DNA from: Eukaryota sp. TZLM1-RC
Lineage: Eukaryota; Protista; Metamonada: BaSk clade
Direction of reading: 5' to 3'
DNA length: 64,000 nucleotides
Assembly (NCBI GenBank): GCA_040285825.1
Contig: JAUPSS010000005.1
Location: 1,798,408 to 1,862,407, forward strand
This document shows, in pieces, positions 50,346 to 60,196 of this stretch. The notes below the pieces were generated by a model that saw only the letters and a list, made by a program, of their open reading frames with translations, had not been told where the DNA came from and did no database searches. The position numbers were made by a program, and so were the translations under genes. The stretch's first letter is position 1. Each line of letters begins with the position of its first letter.

Positions 50346-53300
50346 TATTGACCAATGGTTGTTTATTACAATCATTGGTCAAATCTTTAAAGTCCATTTT
50401 GGGACAATTAATATAACAATTGTGGTGTTAAAGTCCGTGCTATGGTCATTTGATTAGTCATTGGTATGATTGGTTGAATGGTCATTGGTATGATTAGATG
50501 AGTTGCATGTAGTCTTTATGTACTAGATGTGATCAACTTGTGATCAAACTTTGTGTGAAATTGTGTGTTAGTAATGTTGGCTATGTGTTACTTGATCAGT
50601 ACAAACTCATGATTACATTTTCAAATGATTTTGTATATATTTGAATTAATTGAGTGTATTAATTTTTAAACATTAAATTGTAAAAAAAGTAAAAAATCAA
50701 AAAGTATACAATTGAATGTTGTAAACTAATAAAACAATTGCTGTAAGTGTAAGAGTATCGTTTTTGATACGATTTACTGAGGCTCATATGAAGTTCCTAG
50801 TTTCGTATATTGACCAATGGTTGTTTATTACAATCATTGGTCAAATCTTTAAAGTCCATTTTGGGACAATTAATATAACAATTGTGGTGTTAAAGTCCGT
50901 GCTATGGTCATTTGATTAGTCATTGGTATGATTGGTTGAATGGTCATTGGTATGATTAGATGAGTTGCATGTAGTCTTTATGTACTAGATGTGATCAACT
51001 TGTGATCAAACTTTGTGTGAAATTGTGTGTTAGTAATGTTGGCTATGTGTTACTTGATCAGTACAAACTCATGATTACATTTTCAAATGATTTTGTATAT
51101 ATTTGAATTAATTGAGTGTATTAATTTTTAAACATTAAATTGTAAAAAAGTAAAAATCAAAAAGTATACAATTGAATGTTGTAAACTAATAAAACAATTG
51201 CTGTAAGTGTAAGAGTATCGTTTTTGATACGATTTACTGAGGCTCATATGAAGTTCCTAGTTTCGTATATTGACCAATGGTTGTTTATTACAATCATTGG
51301 TCAAATCTTTAAAGTCCATTTTGGGACAATTAATATAACAATTGTGGTGTTAAAGTCCGTGCTATGGTCATTTGAGTAGTCATTGGTATGATTGGTTGAA
51401 TGGTCATTGGTATGATTAGATGAGTTGCATGTAGTCTTTATGTACTAGATGTGATCAACTTGTGATCAAACTTTGTGTGAAATTGTGTGTTAGTAATGTT
51501 GGCTATGTGTTACTTGATCAGTACAAACTCATGATTACATTTTCAAATGATTTTGTATATATTTGAATTAATTGAGTGTATTAATTTTTAAACATTAAAT
51601 TGTAAAAAAAGTGAAAAATCAAAGTATACAATTGAATGTTGTAAACTAATAAAACAATTGCTGTAAGTGTAAGAGTATCGTTTTTGATACGATTTACTGA
51701 GGCTCATATGAAGTTCCTAGTTTCGTATATTGACCAATGGTTGTTTATTACAATCATTGGTCAAATCTTTAAAGTCCATTTTGGGACAATTAATATAACA
51801 ATTGTGGTGTTAAAGTCCGTGCTATGGTCATTTGATTAGTCATTGGTATGATTGGTTGAATGGTCATTGGTATGATTAGATGAGTTGCATGTAGTCTTTA
51901 TGTACTAGATGTGATCAACTTGTGATCAAACTTTGTGTGAAATTGTGTGTTAGTAATGTTGGCTATGTGTTACTTGATCAGTACAAACTCATGATTACAT
52001 TTTCAAATGATTTTGTATATATTTGAATTAATTGAGTGTATTAATTTTTAAACATTAAATTGTAAAAAAAGTAAAAAATCAAAAAGTATACAATTGAATG
52101 TTGTAAACTAATAAAACAATTGCTGTAAGTGTAAGAGTATCGTTTTTGATACGATTTACTGAGGCTCATATGAAGTTCCTAGTTTCGTATATTGACCAAT
52201 GGTTGTTTATTACAATCATTGGTCAAATCTTTAAAGTCCATTTTGGGACAATTAATATAACAATTGTGGTGTTAAAGTCCGTGCTATGGTCATTTGATAG
52301 TCATTGGTATGATTGGTTGAATGGTCATTGGTATGATTAGATGAGTTGCATGTAGTCTTTATGTACTAGATGTGATCAACTTGTGATCAAACTTTGTGTG
52401 AAATTGTGTGTTAGTAATGTTGGCTATGTGTTACTTGATCAGTACAAACTCATGATTACATTTTCAAATGATTTTGTATATATTTGAATTAATTGAGTGT
52501 ATTAATTTTTAAACATTAAATTGTAAAAAAGTAAAAAATCAAAAAGTATACAATTGAATGTTGTAAACTAATAAAACAATTGCTGTAAGTGTAAGAGTAT
52601 CGTTTTTGATACGATTTACTGAGGCTCATATGAAGTTCCTAGTTTCGTATATTGACCAATGGTTGTTTATTACAATCATTGGTCAAATCTTTAAAGTCCA
52701 TTTTGGGACAATTAATATAACAATTGTGGTGTTAAAGTCCGTGCTATGGTCATTTGATAGTCATTGGTATGATTGGTTGAATGGTCATTGGTATGATTAG
52801 ATGAGTTGCATGTAGTCTTTATGTACTAGATGTGATCAACTTGTGATCAAACTTTGTGTGAAATTGTGTGTTAGTAATGTTGGCTATGTGTTACTTGATC
52901 AGTACAAACTCATGATTACATTTTCAAATGATTTTGTATATATTTGAATTAATTGAGTGTATTAATTTTTAAACATTAAATTGTAAAAAAGTAAAAATCA
53001 AAAAGTATACAATTGAATGTTGTAAACTAATAAAACAATTGCTGTAAGTGTAAGAGTATCGTTTTTGATACGATTTACTGAGGCTCATATGAAGTTCCTA
53101 GTTTCGTATATTGACCAATGGTTGTTTATTACAATCATTGGTCAAATCTTTAAAGTCCATTTTGGGACAATTAATATAACAATTGTGGTGTTAAAGTCCG
53201 TGCTATGGTCATTTGATTAGTCATTGGTATGATTGGTTGAATGGTCATTGGTATGATTAGATGAGTTGCATGTAGTCTTTATGTACTAGATGTGATCAAC

Positions 53301-55209
53301 TTGTGATCAAACTTTGTGTGAAATTGTGTGTTAGTAATGTTGGCTATGTGTTACTTGATCAGTACAAACTCATGATTACATTTTCAAATGATTTTGTATA
53401 TATTTGAATTAATTGAGTGTATTAATTTTTAAACATTAAATTGTAAAAAAGTAAAAATCAAAAAGTATACAATTGAATGTTGTAAACTAATAAAACAATT
53501 GCTGTAAGTGTAAGAGTATCGTTTTTGATACGATTTACTGAGGCTCATATGAAGTTCCTAGTTTCGTATATTGACCAATGGTTGTTTATTACAATCATTG
53601 GTCAAATCTTTAAAGTCCATTTTGGGACAATTAATATAACAATTGTGGTGTTAAAGTCCGTGCTATGGTCATTTGATAGTCATTGGTATGATTGGTTGAA
53701 TGGTCATTGGTATGATTAGATGAGTTGCATGTAGTCTTTATGTACTAGATGTGATCAACTTGTGATCAAACTTTGTGTGAAATTGTGTGTTAGTAATGTT
53801 GGCTATGTGTTACTTGATCAGTACAAACTCATGATTACATTTTCAAATGATTTTGTATATATTTGAATTAATTGAGTGTATTAATTTTTAAACATTAAAT
53901 TGTAAAAAAGTAAAAATCAAAAAGTATACAATTGAATGTTGTAAACTAATAAAACAATTGCTGTAAGTGTAAGAGTATCGTTTTTGATACGATTTACTGA
54001 GGCTCATATGAAGTTCCTAGTTTCGTATATTGACCAATGGTTGTTTATTACAATCATTGGTCAAATCTTTAAAGTCCATTTTGGGACAATTAATATAACA
54101 ATTGTGGTGTTAAAGTCCGTGCTATGGTCATTTGATTAGTCATTGGTATGATTGGTTGAATGGTCATTGGTATGATTAGATGAGTTGCATGTAGTCTTTA
54201 TGTACTAGATGTGATCAACTTGTGATCAAACTTTGTGTGAAATTGTGTGTTAGTAATGTTGGCTATGTGTTACTTGATCAGTACAAACTCATGATTACAT
54301 TTTCAAATGATTTTGTATATATTTGAATTAATTGAGTGTATTAATTTTTAAACATTAAATTGTAAAAAAAGTAAAAAATCAAAAAGTATACAATTGAATG
54401 TTGTAAACTAATAAAACAATTGCTGTAAGTGTAAGAGTATCGTTTTTGATACGATTTACTGAGGCTCATATGAAGTTCCTAGTTTCGTATATTGACCAAT
54501 GGTTGTTTATTACAATCATTGGTCAAATCTTTAAAGTCCATTTTGGGACAATTAATATAACAATTGTGGTGTTAAAGTCCGTGCTATGGTCATTTGATTA
54601 GTCATTGGTATGATTGGTTGAATGGTCATTGGTATGATTAGATGAGTTGCATGTAGTCTTTATGTACTAGATGTGATCAACTTGTGATCAAACTTTGTGT
54701 GAAATTGTGTGTTAGTAATGTTGGCTATGTGTTACTTGATCAGTACAAACTCATGATTACATTTTCAAATGATTTTGTATATATTTGAATTAATTGAGTG
54801 TATTAATTTTTAAACATTAAATTGTAAAAAAAGTAAAAAATCAAAAAGTATACAATTGAATGTTGTAAACTAATAAAACAATTGCTGTAAGTGTAAGAGT
54901 ATCGTTTTGATACGATTTACTGAGGCTCATATGAAGTTCCTAGTTTCGTATATTGACCAATGGTTGTTTATTACAATCATTGGTCAAATCTTTAAAGTCC
55001 ATTTTGGGACAATTAATATAACAATTGTGGTGTTAAAGTCCGTGCTATGGTCATTTGATTAGTCATTGGTTGAATGGTCATTGGTATGATTAGATGAGTT
55101 GCATGTAGTCTTTATGTACTAGATGTGATCAACTTGTGATCAAACTTTGTGTGAAATTGTGTGTTAGTAATGTTGGCTATGTGTTACTTGATCAGTACAA
55201 ACTCATGAT
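50276..55209 (+). repeat. ~10.7 copies of the 461-bp spacer repeat
   Basis: Same unit; the first copy overlaps the 28S 3' end; the last is cut at AACTCATGAT by the retroelement. Confidence 0.97.
50348..50382 (+). terminator. 15-bp 3'ETS hairpin, candidate RNase III-type processing/termination signal (repeated in every spacer unit)
   Basis: TTGACCAATGGTTGT-TTATT-ACAATCATTGGTCAA immediately after the 28S end. Confidence 0.55.
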
Positions 55210-55239
55210 GTCCTATCTCCCTGTTCCCACCGCCATTGT

Positions 55240-58200
55240 ATGAGGCAGACATCTCTTACAGGGTTTTTTATGCCCTCAAAGTCTCAACCTTCTTTATCTC
55301 CTTCAGAATTCTCTTCTCTTTTGGAAGGTCTAGAAGAGTCCAACATGACTGCCGATGTCAGCGGCATCGAGCAGAATAGCCCTAGTGCTATAGAGCTGTC
55401 CGTGGCAGATTCTCATGAATCTGGCCGAAATCTAGTGTTGGCTTCTTCCTATGACCAAACTCCACATTTATATGCGGAAGATAAGTCCTCTTTCTCCATT
55501 TCACAACTTACCTCTGATGACCCACCCACTTCCTCCGATCAACTTTGCACTGACCCTTCCTCAGATTCTTTCAATCACATTTCTCCAATCTCCGTTTCAG
55601 ACGCTACTGAATTCTCTCTTCAAACAGCGCACTCTGATCCAGATAGTTCTCACCTTGCAACTCCATATGATAGTTATCAGCGCTCACCTGGTCTAGTGGA
55701 TAAGACCTTTGACTCAGAGGTTGCGGTCCTGAGTTCGAATCCCACCACACGCACATTGTCTAGTGCCTCTCCATTGGGAGGTGCTAATTCCAGCGATTCT
55801 CGTAGTGAGCTTCGGCTCGCTACAAATAACCACTGTGGTGGGAAGGGGGGTTTTTGCTCTGTGTCCCTTTGTGATGATCCCCTCTCTGCTGATCTCCAAA
55901 ATTTAGACCAAATTTCAGGTGTTTGTCAAAATCGTAGAGAAAGAAAGTTCTGCTGCTTTGTCTCGCTCTGCCCCAGAACTGAACCGTTCTCTAAGCGGTC
56001 TGGGTTGACAAGGCATTTGATGAAAATGCATCCTGATGTCAGCCTTGATGTCTTAAAAGCCAATGGATACACAAGATGTAGCTGCTCTGACATCATTTCT
56101 GTAGAAGGCATCGGGATGCATATAACTAAGAAAGGTTGTGCATTTTCTCTCAGTGAATCTGTCAATAATTCAGAGAGTCCTCTTCTTCCTTCTGAGGACT
56201 CTCCTATTCAATTGTACCATCAACCGATTAACCCAAGCCAACGTTATGGTCTTGGGTTTGGGTATCAACAGGGCCCTCTTGTGACTGAACCTGTTCGAGA
56301 TATTTCACATCCACCTGTTTGTCCTTCTGACCTTGATAGTTCTCCTGTTGTCTCTTTTGATGCCAATGATGATGGTGATGAATCTAATCCAATCATACTT
56401 CCTGATGACGATGGCCACATACTTGAATCGAATGCTTCCTCTGATATGGATGTTAATGTGAATCCCTTGGAGATTTACACAGATGGATCTTTTCTCAAGA
56501 AAAGAAATAAATCTGGCTTTGGGGGCTTTTATACTTTCAAGGATAAGCGATTCGAAATTTATGGCCCATCACGCCACAACACCCATAACGCAGCTGAGTT
56601 TGAAGCTGTTTTGATGACCATTAAATCCTTAGTGTTGCTCTCTCACTGTCCACAACACATTATCATTTTTTCTGACAGTAGCCTTGTTGTTGATTCTCTT
56701 AACCTAAAAGCATCCCTAAAGAATCCTACTGTCAAAAGAATCCGCAGCCAAATAAAGGATCTCATAAATAGTTCTCGTTTTAGACTATTCTCCTTCTCCT
56801 TTAAGAAAGTGTTGGCACATTCTGACAATACCAATAATAATGTTGCTGATGTTTTAGCAAAACGTGGCGCTAATGGCTCTGAATGTTCACTGCTGAAGTA
56901 TTTAAGAACACGTTATCATGTCCTTGAAGGCCCTATACCACTTTGTTCATTACCACCTGACCACTGTGAACACATTGCTGATAGTGATCCCCTTGACTCG
57001 TCCATTTTAGAAAAATCACACAATTGTCCTATCTGTCCCAGTTTCTTTTCCAAAGCAAGATCCTTATGCTGCCATATTGATACGCACCACTCCTCTATAG
57101 ACACTGACACATTACACATTAATAATCTGGTTCGCTGCCCAGTTTGCTTGAAGGTATTCTCATCGGTTGGTTTTGACAACCATTTCAAACGTCATGAGTC
57201 ACCGACTCTAGATATGCCCTGTATTTCTGATTCTTTATTTATTCAGCTGAGCAATGAAATTGCAAGCTTCACTTACAAACGGCTCAGTGATCGTCCCTCA
57301 TTCCGCTCTGCAGTCAAGTTGGTCACCCATTCTTCCCTGCCAATGGAACAAAAATGTAGATATCTTCTAGTGCTACCGGTAGTTTGCCTAAAGCTGGACA
57401 AAGGCTCATCACTTTTTAAACTTTTCCGATTCCAACACAGGGTTCACAAATTTAATATTGGTCAATGCGAAGATACTTCTTCCTTCTTTTGTAACACAAC
57501 CCCCATCAGACCACATACATTTAGCAATCGAGTCAATATAAAGAGAGTCAAAGAACTTATTCACGACAACGAACTGAGTCGCGCTATGAATCTGCTATCA
57601 AGAGAACCACCAACAGCAAACATAACTAATAACTCCATGCTAGAGCAATTGCAACACCTCCATCCAGCTGATCCAAATTTTTGTCAATATAACAATATGC
57701 TAACTGAACACTACTCCTACCACGACTCCTCTTCCGTAGCTGACGCAATCCTTAATTCCCCTATGACGGAAGGTGGCCCCTCCCACTGGCATGCCAAACT
57801 TTTGAAACAGTGTATTGATGACCACTTGGTGTCATGTGTACAGTATATAGCAAACGGCCTGCTCAGTGGCAAAATAAGTGAGCCCCTCAGACGTGTTCTC
57901 ACTTCCAGTAGATTGCTCGCCATCCCAAAGAAAAGTAATGGAGTGCGGCCCTTGGCAGTTGGAGAACTATTTTACCGCATTGCTGCCGGCCTTGCGCTAT
58001 CTAAAGTAAATGTTGACTATTTGATCAATTCAAATCAATATGGCGTGAAAGTCCCTGGTGGTGGTGAAGCTATTGTCCATTCAATTCGTAGTAATCTAGG
58101 CCTATCTTTCGAAAAACTGATCAAGTTTGATGTGCGCAATGCATTCAATGAGGTCGATCGTTGTCAGCTTGCCCAAGCTGTTGCTGAATATTGTCCTTTG

Positions 58201-59742
58201 CTGTTCCCATTCTTTAAAGCTAGCTATCTGAGCCCTTCCACATTACATTTTAGAAACTCAGTTATTTTCTCAGAACGTGGTGTTCGACAAGGCGATCCCC
58301 TCGGTCCCTTGCTATTTTCAACTGCCCTTGTCCCGTTTACAACACAGCTCCGTACCCTGCACCCATCCTGTCATTTTTATTTGTATTTAGATGACCTCTT
58401 TGTTCTTTGCAACGACCATGAAACTGATGCTATTGTTGGGACTGTTTCAAGCTTTATCCAAGACATTGGTCTTGAAGTCAATCTTGACAAAACTGCTGTT
58501 GTCTCTAGCAATGACAATTTCGAGGTGCTTGGTGCACATTTTGGCCCAAACGCCGAAGATGATCTTTCAAGCTCACTCCCACCAATGACTAGTTCTCTGT
58601 TGAAATGTCTCGAATCGCTGACGTTACAAGAGCAATTGCTTCTTGTGAGACACTGCATCAACACCAAACTGTCCTTTCATGCACGTGTTCATCGCCCAGC
58701 AGTCAGCAAGAATCCCCTCATTAGTTGTTTTCATCAAATAGTTTCTTTTGTTTCTTCGGCACTTGGGGTTGTTCCTTTGTTTCCTCAGTTGATTTCTCTC
58801 CCGTCAGCCAGATTTGGAGGACTCGGTCTCACAAATTATGGGGAAATAGCTCATTTGTGCTTCGCAGCCTCCTACATCACCAGCAATAGGACTTTAAACC
58901 TCTTCCACTCTTCATTGCCACTTGATGATTTAGATCTTATGTGCGCTGAATCATTATTTCATGAACTTGGTACAGCTACCAACTCCCCCAACTTATCAAA
59001 ACTTCAAGCTCTCTTAACTCAAAACCACTTTTTGGAGACTCTGAATTCTTTGACTAGGGACTTTAGATCCAAGCCTGCTGTACTCGCTTCATTTAGGTCG
59101 CCGGTAACTGACCCAGCCATAGCACCCATCCCAATCAAATATGAAAACGACGTTCTAATCAATTGCAAACCACTGTCTCAATCACTTTTATTTATCAATC
59201 CATCTGAGGAACCTGTTGACGATTCATTGCTCAAGTATTTCTTAAGAACCCGCCTCCTCTGTTCTGAATTTGTACATCACTGTCCCTTTTGTAAACATGA
59301 ATCCAATTCTCAGTATCATTCAGCCAATTGCGAACAACTATCATCTATGCGAATTAGAAGACATGATGATGTGGTTGAATTGATATCGCAACTGACAGGC
59401 TTACTCAAAGAACAGAACGTAGGTAACGGCAGAGTTGACCTTATTCGTCCCGATGGCAGCGAGTGTTATGACCTCACTTTAGTCGGTGGATATTCTACCC
59501 CTCTCAATACACTGATTGAACGCCGTAGAATGTCGAAAATTGGTAAATATTCTCACCATGTTCCTTTGGTTCCACTAATCGCATTTCCTTCTGGAGGCAT
59601 CGAACGAAGTTTTGTAAATTTTTTGCGTAAAAAAGAGATAGGCTCTTATGGGAAAAAAATATCGCTGTCATTTATAAGATCATGCTTTAAAATGAGCAAA
59701 GTGTATGCCCGACTTGCCATTTGTGATCTTAGTGATGATTGA
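55240..59742 (+). CDS. Retrotransposon polyprotein: PIP box - ZnF - RNase H - 2x C2H2 - RT - zinc knuckle - RLE (1500 aa)
   Basis: QTSLTGFF; IYTDGS/AAEFEA/FSDS/AHS..N..AD; LQHLHP, GVRPLAVGE, QYGV..GGEAIVH, DVRNAFN, GVRQGDPLGPLLF, YLDD, GGLG; CPFC..H...C, RRHD, RVDL..D..K..KY. Confidence 0.95.
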   Translation: MRQTSLTGFFMPSKSQPSLSPSEFSSLLEGLEESNMTADVSGIEQNSPSAIELSVADSHESGRNLVLASSYDQTPHLYAEDKSSFSISQLTSDDPPTSSDQLCTDPSSDSFNHISPISVSDATEFSLQTAHSDPDSSHLATPYDSYQRSPGLVDKTFDSEVAVLSSNPTTRTLSSASPLGGANSSDSRSELRLATNNHCGGKGGFCSVSLCDDPLSADLQNLDQISGVCQNRRERKFCCFVSLCPRTEPFSKRSGLTRHLMKMHPDVSLDVLKANGYTRCSCSDIISVEGIGMHITKKGCAFSLSESVNNSESPLLPSEDSPIQLYHQPINPSQRYGLGFGYQQGPLVTEPVRDISHPPVCPSDLDSSPVVSFDANDDGDESNPIILPDDDGHILESNASSDMDVNVNPLEIYTDGSFLKKRNKSGFGGFYTFKDKRFEIYGPSRHNTHNAAEFEAVLMTIKSLVLLSHCPQHIIIFSDSSLVVDSLNLKASLKNPTVKRIRSQIKDLINSSRFRLFSFSFKKVLAHSDNTNNNVADVLAKRGANGSECSLLKYLRTRYHVLEGPIPLCSLPPDHCEHIADSDPLDSSILEKSHNCPICPSFFSKARSLCCHIDTHHSSIDTDTLHINNLVRCPVCLKVFSSVGFDNHFKRHESPTLDMPCISDSLFIQLSNEIASFTYKRLSDRPSFRSAVKLVTHSSLPMEQKCRYLLVLPVVCLKLDKGSSLFKLFRFQHRVHKFNIGQCEDTSSFFCNTTPIRPHTFSNRVNIKRVKELIHDNELSRAMNLLSREPPTANITNNSMLEQLQHLHPADPNFCQYNNMLTEHYSYHDSSSVADAILNSPMTEGGPSHWHAKLLKQCIDDHLVSCVQYIANGLLSGKISEPLRRVLTSSRLLAIPKKSNGVRPLAVGELFYRIAAGLALSKVNVDYLINSNQYGVKVPGGGEAIVHSIRSNLGLSFEKLIKFDVRNAFNEVDRCQLAQAVAEYCPLLFPFFKASYLSPSTLHFRNSVIFSERGVRQGDPLGPLLFSTALVPFTTQLRTLHPSCHFYLYLDDLFVLCNDHETDAIVGTVSSFIQDIGLEVNLDKTAVVSSNDNFEVLGAHFGPNAEDDLSSSLPPMTSSLLKCLESLTLQEQLLLVRHCINTKLSFHARVHRPAVSKNPLISCFHQIVSFVSSALGVVPLFPQLISLPSARFGGLGLTNYGEIAHLCFAASYITSNRTLNLFHSSLPLDDLDLMCAESLFHELGTATNSPNLSKLQALLTQNHFLETLNSLTRDFRSKPAVLASFRSPVTDPAIAPIPIKYENDVLINCKPLSQSLLFINPSEEPVDDSLLKYFLRTRLLCSEFVHHCPFCKHESNSQYHSANCEQLSSMRIRRHDDVVELISQLTGLLKEQNVGNGRVDLIRPDGSECYDLTLVGGYSTPLNTLIERRRMSKIGKYSHHVPLVPLIAFPSGGIERSFVNFLRKKEIGSYGKKISLSFIRSCFKMSKVYARLAICDLSDD
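55682..55855 (+). ncRNA. Putative Pol III tRNA-like structured RNA embedded in the retrotransposon ORF
   Basis: A box TGGTCTAGTGG (55689), B box GAGTTCGAATC (55731), three-way junction with a UUCG hairpin, TTTTT at 55851-55855. Confidence 0.5.
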
Positions 59743-59794
59743 TCGCTTTAGTTATAGTTTCTTCATTGTGATTGAACATTTCTTTCTTTAATAA

Positions 59795-60196
59795 ACTGAA
59801 TAATTGTCATCCTAATAGTAAAGCAACCCAGTACGAGAGGAACCGTTGTTTCGCATAATTGGTATTTACGCTTATCTGAAAAGATATTGGTGTGAAGCTA
59901 ACATGCGTTGGATTATAGCTGAACGCCTCTAAGCTAGTATCCAACCTAGAAAGGATGATATATTGACCTACAAATTTAATCGATAAAGATTAGGATTGTG
60001 TTTACACAGTCCCAATATCTCATCAGTGGGATTGATGTTTAGTCTAAGTACTATTCATTGATCATTGAAACTATGAAGATTCGCAGGATCATGAAACCTT
60101 GGTAGACGACCAAGATACGGAACTCATTGCTGTAAGTGTAAGAGTATCGTTTTTGATACGATTTACTGAGGCTCATATGAAGTTCCTAGTTTCGTA
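59795..60196 (+). rRNA. 28S: Partial 28S rRNA (3'-terminal ~400 nt only)
   Basis: Duplicate of 49945-50345 with 4 visible differences. Confidence 0.95.

Larger units (their letters stand above)
55210..59795 (+). mobile_element. Intact CRE-like RLE non-LTR retrotransposon joined to a 28S rDNA target site
   Basis: Single long ORF; ~50-nt 3'UTR ending AATAAA fused directly to CTGAATAATTGTC..., which is 28S sequence from ~49945 onward. Confidence 0.95.

Noticed and set aside
55682-55753. Functional tRNA gene
   Set aside because: Acceptor and T stems do not pair and the anticodon loop is non-canonical.
55682-55855. U1 snRNA or HDV-like ribozyme identity (CTCACCTGG, CCATTG, GTGCT..GCGATT; CTAA after a hairpin)
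   Set aside because: No Sm site or U1-70K loop; I could not build the HDV P1/P2/P3 nested pseudoknot by eye.
55451-58667. Short alternative-frame and antisense ORFs within the retroelement
   Set aside because: Shadow ORFs of the 1500-aa frame with no motifs.
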